This document shows, piece by piece, positions 48,839 to 56,981 of a stretch of 64,000 bases of DNA. The DNA lies in assembly GCA_019058315.1 (NCBI GenBank), contig JAHPZH010000001.1:64001-128000 (forward strand). The letters run 5' to 3'. The DNA is from Candidatus Helarchaeota archaeon. GTDB lineage: Archaea > Asgardarchaeota > Lokiarchaeia > Helarchaeales > RDOG01. The first letter of the stretch is position 1, and every line of letters begins with the position of its first letter. The notes below the pieces were generated by a model. The model worked only from the letters and a program-made list of their open reading frames with translations, ran no database searches and was not told the origin of the DNA. A program made the position numbers and the translations under genes.

Positions 48839-50242
48839 TTGGATTGGAAACCCGAAATAAATGAATTATATGAAAAAGTAACAAGTCAAGTACCAGAAGC
48901 ATTTCGAGATGCTGTAAAACCAATGCTTAGGCAAGCTGCAGAGAAAGCTGCGATACTCCGTAATTCTGCCTATGTAAGCGAAGATGATTTACTGTCATCT
49001 CTATTTGATATTACACCAGAGGCATTTAAACCAACGGTTGTATCAGATTTGGAAAATTTAGGAATTGCTACAGGAAAATATATTGAACTATCAGAGATAA
49101 GAAAAGACTATTCACGCACTTGGGATGAGATTAGTGGAGCATTTCTACCAGGGGTGTATCATTTTACTATGTTTTTAACTGATAGATGTAATCAGAAATG
49201 TATGCATTGTGCTGCTGAAAATCCTATACATCGTCCCGAACTCTCAACTGAACAATGGATTCAAATTATAGAAAATGTTGAACAGACCCTTAGAAAACGT
49301 GGTAGAAGGGGTTGCTATATATGGTTTGGTGGTGATCCAACTTTACGTAAAGATTTGAAAGATCTTATAAAATACTGTGGGGAAAAAGGTTATTACCAAG
49401 CAGTTTCAACTAATGGAATGCTATTTACAGAAGAACTTGCAAAACTTTGTGCAGAAGTTAAAATGTCACATGTTTTTATTAGCTTTGATAGTGTTTATCC
49501 TGAAAGAGCTGCAAAGATAAGAGGAGTTCCAAAAGCTTACGAGGCAGCAGAAAAAGCTATTAAATTAGCACTGAAATATGGCCATTTTGTAATTTGTACA
49601 GCAACAGTACAAAAAACCAATTTTGACGAACTTGATGAAATAAAACAACTCATGGAGAGTTGGGGTGTAATCCCTTATTTCAGAGCCGTTATAAAACAGA
49701 GAAGTGCTGCAGTAAACTGGGATGAGATTGGACTAAGTCATGAGGAATATAAAAAGTTCTATGAATTTAAATATAAACATGTTGTTGAGGCTATTAGAAA
49801 AGGTGAGGGTTCATCTCTCAATAAATTCTATACTTATGATATGGTTCCTTTTATGGAATGTCCAATAAATATAAAAGAACTTACTGCACTTGAATGGGGA
49901 GTTGGTTGTCAAGCATGTCGGTCAGTTTCGGGTATAGATATAAATGGAGATTTTTTTCCATGTGATTATCCTTCAGAATTAACTCTTGGAAACGTATTAA
50001 AACAACCCTTCGATGAAATAATGGAATCTCAGCTTTTTAAGGATATAAGAGATAGAAAAAGAATCGGCAAATGCGCATCATGTCACCATCTCGAATTGTG
50101 TGGAGGAGGTTGTCGAGTACATGCAGAATGTGAGACTGGAGATTTTTTTGAATCATTTCCGTATTGTTGGCATGAAATGGATCATAAACATGAAGAAATT
50201 GCTGAAGTTCCTAAAGAAAAAGAGATACCCGCAAGTAAATAA
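48839..50242 (+). CDS. Radical SAM/SPASM protein with N-terminal PCP_red/DUF2621-like domain
   Basis: CNQKCMHC, FGGDP, SPASM CQAC...PC...GKCASC...CGGGCR...YC; first ~76 aa are the shared helical domain. Confidence 0.9.
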   Translation: MDWKPEINELYEKVTSQVPEAFRDAVKPMLRQAAEKAAILRNSAYVSEDDLLSSLFDITPEAFKPTVVSDLENLGIATGKYIELSEIRKDYSRTWDEISGAFLPGVYHFTMFLTDRCNQKCMHCAAENPIHRPELSTEQWIQIIENVEQTLRKRGRRGCYIWFGGDPTLRKDLKDLIKYCGEKGYYQAVSTNGMLFTEELAKLCAEVKMSHVFISFDSVYPERAAKIRGVPKAYEAAEKAIKLALKYGHFVICTATVQKTNFDELDEIKQLMESWGVIPYFRAVIKQRSAAVNWDEIGLSHEEYKKFYEFKYKHVVEAIRKGEGSSLNKFYTYDMVPFMECPINIKELTALEWGVGCQACRSVSGIDINGDFFPCDYPSELTLGNVLKQPFDEIMESQLFKDIRDRKRIGKCASCHHLELCGGGCRVHAECETGDFFESFPYCWHEMDHKHEEIAEVPKEKEIPASK

Positions 50243-50266
50243 TTTAAATGAATATGGTGTAAATTC

Positions 50267-51679
50267 ATGGAATGGGAAGAAGAAACCAAAGATTTATACA
50301 AAAAAATAACTGAAAATATTCCTGAAGGCTTTCGGAACTCAGTAAAACCCTTAATTTACGAAGCAGCAGAGAAAAGATGCGTAGAACGTAATGGATCCTA
50401 TGTTAACGAAGCAGATTTAATAACTGCAATTTTTGATATAACTCCAGAAGCATTTAAAGCTATGATGACTGATGATCTAAAATCCTTGGGGATTAACGTT
50501 GAAAGATACATTGAACTTAAAGATATTAGAGATCGATATAGACTTTCATGGCAAAAGCTAGAAGATGCTTTTCATCCGGGAAATGTACACTTTGCAATGT
50601 ATATTACAGAAAAGTGTAATCAAAAATGTTTGCATTGTGCCGCAGATGAAAAAGTTGAACGCCCTGAGTTAACAACAGAACAATGGTGTGAAATAATAGA
50701 GAATATTGAGACAGGATTGAGAAAAAATGGTCGACGTGCTTGTTTTATATGGTTTGGAGGAGAGCCCACATTGCGGGAAGACATCCATGATATCATGAAG
50801 TTCTGTGGTGATAAAGGTTACTATCATGCAATAATAACCAATGGTGTGAGGTTTGCAGAAGAATTTGCTAAATCTTGCTCTGATAATGGAATGAGCCACG
50901 TTTTTGTGAGTTTCGACAGTGCAGATCCTATAAAAAACGATAAAATACGCGGAATGCCCGGTGGAAAAACCTTAGAATCGGCAAAGAAAGCAATCGATAA
51001 TTGCTTGAAGTATGGTTTATTCGTTTGCTCATCAATAACCGTAATGAAACATAATATTGATGAACTTGAAGATCTAAAAGCAATATCCGAGAGTTGGGGT
51101 TCACAACCATATTTTAGAGCAGTGGTTAAACAAAATAGAGCTGCTGATTATTGGGATGAAATTGGTTTAAGTCAAGAGGACTATAAAAAATTATATGAAT
51201 TTAAGTATAAACATGCCATAGAAGCTATAAGGGATGGAAAGGCAGGAACTCTACCAGCATACGAAATATATGAAATGACACCCTTTATGGAATGTCCTAA
51301 GGACGACAAGGAAATGACTGGAATTGAGTGGGGTGTTGGATGTCTCGCTTGCAGAACTATGATGGGCATTGGGGTTGATGGAACTATATATCCTTGTGGT
51401 TATCCTACTAAACTGACACTAGGTAATGCATTGAAAGATAAATTTGAAGATGTTCTTAATACACAAATTTATAAAGATATTCGAGATAGGAAGCGCACTG
51501 GTAAATGTGGAGAATGTCACCACCTTAAATATTGCGGTGGAGGATGTAGAGTGCATACAGAATGCGAAACTGGGGACTTCTTCGCTTCTTTCCCTTACTG
51601 CTGGCATGAAATGGATCATGAACATGAAAAACTAGAAGGTTTTGTTAAGGAAAAAGAATTAGAAATTATAAAGAAATAA
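50267..51679 (+). CDS. Radical SAM/SPASM protein with N-terminal PCP_red/DUF2621-like domain (tandem paralog)
   Basis: CNQKCLHC, FGGEP, CLAC...PC...GKCGEC...CGGGCR; collinear with 48839-50242. Confidence 0.9.
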   Translation: MEWEEETKDLYKKITENIPEGFRNSVKPLIYEAAEKRCVERNGSYVNEADLITAIFDITPEAFKAMMTDDLKSLGINVERYIELKDIRDRYRLSWQKLEDAFHPGNVHFAMYITEKCNQKCLHCAADEKVERPELTTEQWCEIIENIETGLRKNGRRACFIWFGGEPTLREDIHDIMKFCGDKGYYHAIITNGVRFAEEFAKSCSDNGMSHVFVSFDSADPIKNDKIRGMPGGKTLESAKKAIDNCLKYGLFVCSSITVMKHNIDELEDLKAISESWGSQPYFRAVVKQNRAADYWDEIGLSQEDYKKLYEFKYKHAIEAIRDGKAGTLPAYEIYEMTPFMECPKDDKEMTGIEWGVGCLACRTMMGIGVDGTIYPCGYPTKLTLGNALKDKFEDVLNTQIYKDIRDRKRTGKCGECHHLKYCGGGCRVHTECETGDFFASFPYCWHEMDHEHEKLEGFVKEKELEIIKK

Positions 51680-51689
51680 AAATCAAAAA

Positions 51690-52103
51690 ATGGAGTTGAT
51701 GAAAATTATAAACACGAAAGAAGAATGGGAATCTTATTTAGATAAATTCATAGAGGGTTATAATATTTTACCTGAGTTACCTGCAATAATTCAATCCATA
51801 GCCCCATTGGTTTTTAATTATGTAATAACTGATCGCCCAGAAATGAGCTATTGGTTTTTAATAGAAAAAGACAAAATAAGTTGGGGATTGGGGCAATATT
51901 CTGGAACTAATCATCCAACTATCATCCATAAGACTGATTTTGAGACCATGAAAAAGGTTAATTCAGGTGAGACTGATCCTATTCAAGCAACAATGTTGGG
52001 GACTTATAATGTCGATGGTGATGTTTCTAAACTCATGGCATGTGCATCCTTACTTCCGCTTGGAGTAAAAGCACATGCTTATGCTCTAGAAAAAATAAAA
52101 TAA
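51690..52103 (+). CDS. SCP2 sterol/lipid-binding domain protein (UbiT/UbiJ-like fold)
   Basis: PTIIHKTDFETMKKVNSGETDPIQATMLGTYNVDGDVSKLM fits the SCP2 C-terminal consensus. Confidence 0.85.
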   Translation: MELMKIINTKEEWESYLDKFIEGYNILPELPAIIQSIAPLVFNYVITDRPEMSYWFLIEKDKISWGLGQYSGTNHPTIIHKTDFETMKKVNSGETDPIQATMLGTYNVDGDVSKLMACASLLPLGVKAHAYALEKIK

Positions 52104-52115
52104 TGGAGTAATAAA

Positions 52116-53324
52116 ATGAATTTTAAATATAATACAGATATAGAAAAGATGCATTATGATATTATAAAGGCTGCTAAACTCGCTGATGCTCCATACAATG
52201 AAGATATAATTCAAAGAATTCTTAAAGCTTATAAGGATTTTTTTAGAGGTTCGGTTGTTACCTTTGTAACTTCAACTAAGCCAAAGAACAAACGCACTCT
52301 GTCAATCCGTTATGTGGAAATAGATGTTAAACATGATCCTTATGAAATTGCGATATCTAATAATCTACTTAAACAAGAAAAACATTTAATCCACCATTTA
52401 TTAACCGAAATTAAAAGTAATTATCCCATTATGGGGTATGGAGTGGATGCTGACGTAAATTATGGTGTAACGAAAATTTGGAGTTTCTTTCAAATTCCAC
52501 AACCCTTAGAAAAAGCATTTAAAACACCTGCAGTTCCTGAAAGTATCCAGAAATTTACAGATTATTTTAAAAAATATGACCTTGATGTTTTTCATCTATT
52601 TGCTTTAGATTTCCGTAATAAAACTGCTAATGTATATTTTATGGTGAAGGATCCAAAAGCAAACCCAGCTGATAAGGTTGCGAACATGATTTCAGACTTA
52701 GGTTTAAAAGTTCCATCACAAGAGATACTTGAACATTGCTCCAAAGCATTAACAATTTATCTTACATTTGCGTGGGAATCCTCCATGGTTGATAGAATAT
52801 GTTTCGGAACTGCCGTTGATGATCCTAGCTTGATCCCAACACATTTAGACCCATTATTAAAAAAGTATTCACAAAATGCACCATTTCAATCAAAAAATCG
52901 CCTATTTATTTACAGTATAACACCATCACGTTCAGGTGACTATATCAAAATCGAAAATGATTATATGGGGGAGATGATTAATTTAATGAAATCTGGAATT
53001 CAAGCTGAAGTTTGGATGGATGACTTAAAAAAACAAAGAGAAAATGTTCAGCCAAAAACTGTTGAACTAAGTGGGGTTAAGTGGGTAGATGGAGTTTCAA
53101 TATTATTTGAAAAAATTACAGATGATATTCCCGAGACGTTCCGTTCATTTGTAAAACCTATGCTGCTTGAAACTGCCGAAAAAAAAAGTCAAATTAGAAA
53201 TGGAAATGGAATTACTGAATCGGATCTTATAACTGCACTATTAGAAATAACACCAGAACCATTCAAACCTGACGCAATTAATAATTTGAAAAAATTAGGA
53301 GTAGATATGCAAAAATATATTTAA
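52116..53324 (+). CDS. ABBA-type aromatic prenyltransferase (NphB/CloQ family) with C-terminal PCP_red/DUF2621-like domain
   Basis: Collinear with NphB motifs: GSVVTF, HDPY, YGVDADVNYGVTKIWSFF, LDFRNKTANVYF, LGLKVP, IYLTFAWESSMVDRICF, DPSLIP, YSQNAPF, DYIKIENDY. Confidence 0.88.
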   Translation: MNFKYNTDIEKMHYDIIKAAKLADAPYNEDIIQRILKAYKDFFRGSVVTFVTSTKPKNKRTLSIRYVEIDVKHDPYEIAISNNLLKQEKHLIHHLLTEIKSNYPIMGYGVDADVNYGVTKIWSFFQIPQPLEKAFKTPAVPESIQKFTDYFKKYDLDVFHLFALDFRNKTANVYFMVKDPKANPADKVANMISDLGLKVPSQEILEHCSKALTIYLTFAWESSMVDRICFGTAVDDPSLIPTHLDPLLKKYSQNAPFQSKNRLFIYSITPSRSGDYIKIENDYMGEMINLMKSGIQAEVWMDDLKKQRENVQPKTVELSGVKWVDGVSILFEKITDDIPETFRSFVKPMLLETAEKKSQIRNGNGITESDLITALLEITPEPFKPDAINNLKKLGVDMQKYI

Positions 53325-53363
53325 TTCTTAATTTTTTGATCACAAAATAAAAATTAAAAGGAA

Positions 53364-54773
53364 GTGATTGCAATTCAATTTACTGTAGCAACAAATTGGG
53401 ATTTTAAACTAATAGATGAATTAGCTAAATACCCTGTGAAAGATATTTATGGAGTTGCAAAATTTTCGATAGTTGGTCATGGTAGACCCTCATTTTTATT
53501 AAATGAAGTTTCAGAAGAAGAAATTGCGGAGTATATTCGAAAAATTCATGAGAAAAAAATGAAATTTTCTTATTTATTAAATGCACCTTGTATGAATAAC
53601 ATGGAATATGATGCTGAATATCATAAAAAGCTGTTAAATTACATTCAATGGATTTGTGATATTGGATCAGATAATGTAATAGTTACAACACCTTTTTTAA
53701 TCAGTCTTATTAAAGAACAATTTCCAAAATTGAAAATTCGGGTTTCAACTATAGCCCACGTTAATAGTGTGAATCGAGCAAAATTCTATGAAGCATTGGG
53801 TGCAGAAGAAATCACTCCTGATGTAATGATTAATCGCGATTTTAAGACTTTGATAAAAATTAAAAAAGCAGTGAAATGTGACATTGTTCTGCTTTTAACT
53901 GATGGTTGTTTATATCAATGTCCCTTTAGATATTATCATTATAATATCCTTGGGCATTCTTCCCAATCTTCCCACATACTTGGAGGTAATTATGTAGATT
54001 TTTGCATATTAAATTGTAGTGCTATTAAATTCTCTAATCCTACCGAAGTAATTAAAGCAAGATGGGTTCGCCCTGAAGATTTATCCCATTATGAAGCTAT
54101 CGGGATTGATAAATTTAAAATTGCTGGACGCCGTATGCCTACTAAATGGATTCTTCGAGCAGTGAAAGCATTTTCTTCTCGAAAATATAATGGGAATCTT
54201 ATAGATATAATCCAAGGTTTTTCTATGTCCGTTGGGGTTGAGAAAGATCCAAATGCTAAATTTATCGACACGATTGATAAAGAGCCTAAAGCAAAACTTA
54301 TAATTGATAATACTAAATTGGATGGTTTTATTGATTTTTTTAAAAAACAAGATTGTATATCAATGTGTGATGACTGCAAATATTGTGAAAATTGGGCAAA
54401 AAAAGCTGTAATTCTTGATAAAGAGCAAGCTCCTAGGTATGTCGAATCATTAGAAGGTTATATTAAAGATATCACTACGAGCCGAGAATTTGGTATTGAA
54501 TCGGTTAAACCAGAAAAGAAGAAGAAAAAAGGCTTAGAATGGAATCCTGAAACTGAAAAAATTTTTGAGGATTTAATTCAACTATCTCCCCAACAATTCC
54601 AATCAATGGCAAAGATGGTTATTTCTTCAATGTCAGAAGAAAATGCAAAAAAAAGAGATTCTAAGGTAGTAGAAAACCAAGATATTGTAAAAGCATTTAT
54701 TGCTGGAACTCCTGAACCTTTTCAAGCAGATATGAGAGAAGGACTTAAAAAATATGGTCTATTAAACGAATGA
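53364..54773 (+). CDS. U32-family Fe-S protein (UbiU/UbiV/RlhA-like) with C-terminal PCP_red/DUF2621-like domain
   Basis: FSYLLNAPC, VSTIAHV, INRDF, GCLYQCPFRYYH...C...C, WVRPEDL, FKIAGR, extra C..CDDCKYC. Confidence 0.88.
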   Translation: MIAIQFTVATNWDFKLIDELAKYPVKDIYGVAKFSIVGHGRPSFLLNEVSEEEIAEYIRKIHEKKMKFSYLLNAPCMNNMEYDAEYHKKLLNYIQWICDIGSDNVIVTTPFLISLIKEQFPKLKIRVSTIAHVNSVNRAKFYEALGAEEITPDVMINRDFKTLIKIKKAVKCDIVLLLTDGCLYQCPFRYYHYNILGHSSQSSHILGGNYVDFCILNCSAIKFSNPTEVIKARWVRPEDLSHYEAIGIDKFKIAGRRMPTKWILRAVKAFSSRKYNGNLIDIIQGFSMSVGVEKDPNAKFIDTIDKEPKAKLIIDNTKLDGFIDFFKKQDCISMCDDCKYCENWAKKAVILDKEQAPRYVESLEGYIKDITTSREFGIESVKPEKKKKKGLEWNPETEKIFEDLIQLSPQQFQSMAKMVISSMSEENAKKRDSKVVENQDIVKAFIAGTPEPFQADMREGLKKYGLLNE

Positions 54774-54814
54774 TAGAAAGGTAATTTTTAATTTTTTTTT
54801 ATAGTGACGTATAA

Positions 54815-55438
54815 TTGAAAACTGTTATAATAACCTCACCACACCCCGATGATGCTGTATTAGGTTGTGGTGGAACAATCATCAAATCCATCCAAGAAAA
54901 TACACAAGTTTATGTCATTTATCTAACAGATGGAAGGGCTTGTTATACTTATCTTAAAATTAAATCCAATTTAACTCCATCAGATGTTGCAGCAGGAAGA
55001 AAGAAAGAAGCAATAGAAAGTTGTAGAATTTTAGGAGTTCCAGAATCAAATCTAAAATTTCTTGAAATTTGGGATAGAGAACTTGGGAAACCAAAAAATT
55101 TTAAAAAAGCACTAGCTGCTGTAAAAGAATTAGTGAGAAAAACTAATCCTTATAGAATCTTTGGTCCAGTTTTTAAAAATAGACATATTGATCATCAAGC
55201 AACCCATGATATTATATTAGAAGTTCTTAAAGATTGTCCTGATATTGAATTTTATATGTACGGTCTTCAGAAATCTATTGGAAAATCAGATTTAAAAATT
55301 GATATAACTAGTGTTAGAGAACAAAGAGCAAAAGCTATGTTTATTCACGAAATTGAGCTTGTTTATGAAAGAGATATTTATAAAATTTTAGCAAAACAAA
55401 CAAAGGAAAGATTTAGATTATATAGAAGAAGTAATTAA
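54815..55438 (+). CDS. PIG-L/LmbE family deacetylase
   Basis: SPHPDDAVLGCGG, LTDG, RKKEA, HIDH. Confidence 0.9.
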   Translation: MKTVIITSPHPDDAVLGCGGTIIKSIQENTQVYVIYLTDGRACYTYLKIKSNLTPSDVAAGRKKEAIESCRILGVPESNLKFLEIWDRELGKPKNFKKALAAVKELVRKTNPYRIFGPVFKNRHIDHQATHDIILEVLKDCPDIEFYMYGLQKSIGKSDLKIDITSVREQRAKAMFIHEIELVYERDIYKILAKQTKERFRLYRRSN

Positions 55439-55644
55439 CAATTTTTTATAAAAATATTTTAAAAATTTAATATAACTATCCATTTTTTATTATTTCTTAT
55501 CTTATGTTTATTTTTTTTTAATGATGGATAAAAAATTAAATTAAAAAAAATCTAAATTATTAAAAAGATAATAAATTTCAAATAATTAATATAGATTCCT
55601 TATCAATAAATCAAGTAATAGAATGAATTATTTGAGGATTTAAA

Positions 55645-56175
55645 TTGAAAAGGTCTTCTTGGCAAGGATTATTCATCTTATTTAACCTTTGTGGGATTAT
55701 TCTTGCAATTTCTGGTATATTACTTGCCACGCTTGCCTTAAATGATTTCATAATTTTGGCTAATAATAGCTATATTTTTAGATTTTTTTGGGGATTCATA
55801 GAAATTTGGCTTAATTTTCTATTTTTTATTACTAGTATTGTCCCCTTATCTCTGGATATAGTCGCGATAATTTTAAGTATTGAGGCAGCAATTTCCGTTA
55901 TCAGCCTAATTCTCTTACTTGATTTTTCTCAGGTTCAAGGGTGGCGATTTAGGTTCTTAATTTTTAGTGGTATTTTTAATGTAGTACTTATTTGTATTGG
56001 ATTAGGTCTATTTGATGCTACATTAATTAACGCAAAAGTGAATTGGCTACTAGGAACATTCTTCTTTACTCCTTTAACCTCCTTAGGCGGTTCAATCCCT
56101 ATTTTAATAGGAGTAGCACTTATGGGTGTCAATGTATATATATTTTTTAGTATGAGAAAAGACAAAAATTATTAA
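55645..56175 (+). CDS. Hypothetical multi-pass membrane protein
   Basis: Four to five hydrophobic segments; GAGG upstream of TTG. Confidence 0.65.
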   Translation: MKRSSWQGLFILFNLCGIILAISGILLATLALNDFIILANNSYIFRFFWGFIEIWLNFLFFITSIVPLSLDIVAIILSIEAAISVISLILLLDFSQVQGWRFRFLIFSGIFNVVLICIGLGLFDATLINAKVNWLLGTFFFTPLTSLGGSIPILIGVALMGVNVYIFFSMRKDKNY

Positions 56176-56189
56176 AAATAAAGAGTTTT

Positions 56190-56939
56190 TTAAAGAACCG
56201 CGTTTCCAATTAAGTTTCCAATCTCAAAATTTTTCTGAATTTCATGTCCAATCTTTTTATACTTTTCTATTTTCGATTCTGGAACTTTTAAAATTCGTAA
56301 AAATGGCTCAATTTCATTTATTTTTGCGAAATATATTAAATCATTATTTTCTCTTACTTCCTTTATTAAATCTATTTCCTGTAGATTAAAAAGAAAATCT
56401 TGGACTATTTGAGATTTTAATTTAGACTTTTTTGCTAATATGTTCAAATTGATACCAGGCTCTAATAAAATATATTCCAAAATCCTAAAAATCTTGTCAT
56501 CTCTAAGTAAAAGAATATTATTATCTAATTCTGAATTTATTTTGAAATCAAAATAAGTTATTTTATTTTTAAATCTCCTACTTCTTATATATTCAAATTT
56601 CTCAAGCATCCTTAAGTGCCAAGCTGTCTGATGAGGCGATAACTCTAGATTTCTTTGAATATCTCTTAAATGAGCGCCTGGGCTGTTGAAAACGTATTCA
56701 TAAATTTTGTTCCTTGTATTGTTATTTAAGACGGAATCTTTTGTTATTTTAGAATCTTCAAATAAAACTTTTTTTGAAAATAATCCGTAAATCGCTTGAT
56801 TAATTTCAACATTCGAATATTTTAAGTTTAAAACGGAAATAGTGTATAATTTTTCAACATTTAAAGGACTTACTTTAACCATTTTTTTTGCTAATTCTAA
56901 TATTGACCTCTCAATGGGTAAGAGATTTAATGTTTTAAT
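56190..56939 (-). CDS. Winged-helix transcriptional regulator (tandem ArsR/MarR-like wHTH, COG3398-like)
   Basis: NTRNKIYEYVFNSPGAHLRDIQRNLELS...WHLRMLEKFEYI, second wHTH ILLEPGINLNILAK; start extended to ATT 56939 by homology with 60768-61526. Confidence 0.85.
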   Translation of the reverse strand: MKTLNLLPIERSILELAKKMVKVSPLNVEKLYTISVLNLKYSNVEINQAIYGLFSKKVLFEDSKITKDSVLNNNTRNKIYEYVFNSPGAHLRDIQRNLELSPHQTAWHLRMLEKFEYIRSRRFKNKITYFDFKINSELDNNILLLRDDKIFRILEYILLEPGINLNILAKKSKLKSQIVQDFLFNLQEIDLIKEVRENNDLIYFAKINEIEPFLRILKVPESKIEKYKKIGHEIQKNFEIGNLIGNAVL

Positions 56940-56981
56940 ATAAATTCACCCTAAATATATTCCTTTTAAAATAAAAAAAAA

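Noticed and set aside
48140-51679. RiPP cluster suggested by tandem rSAM/SPASM genes
   Set aside because: No convincing precursor peptide, PqqD/RRE domain or transporter nearby; SCP2 and prenyltransferase neighbours point to a small lipophilic substrate
53364-54773. U32 as a collagenase-like protease
   Set aside because: The Cys cluster is intact and characterised U32 members are Fe-S hydroxylation factors; the context fits that better
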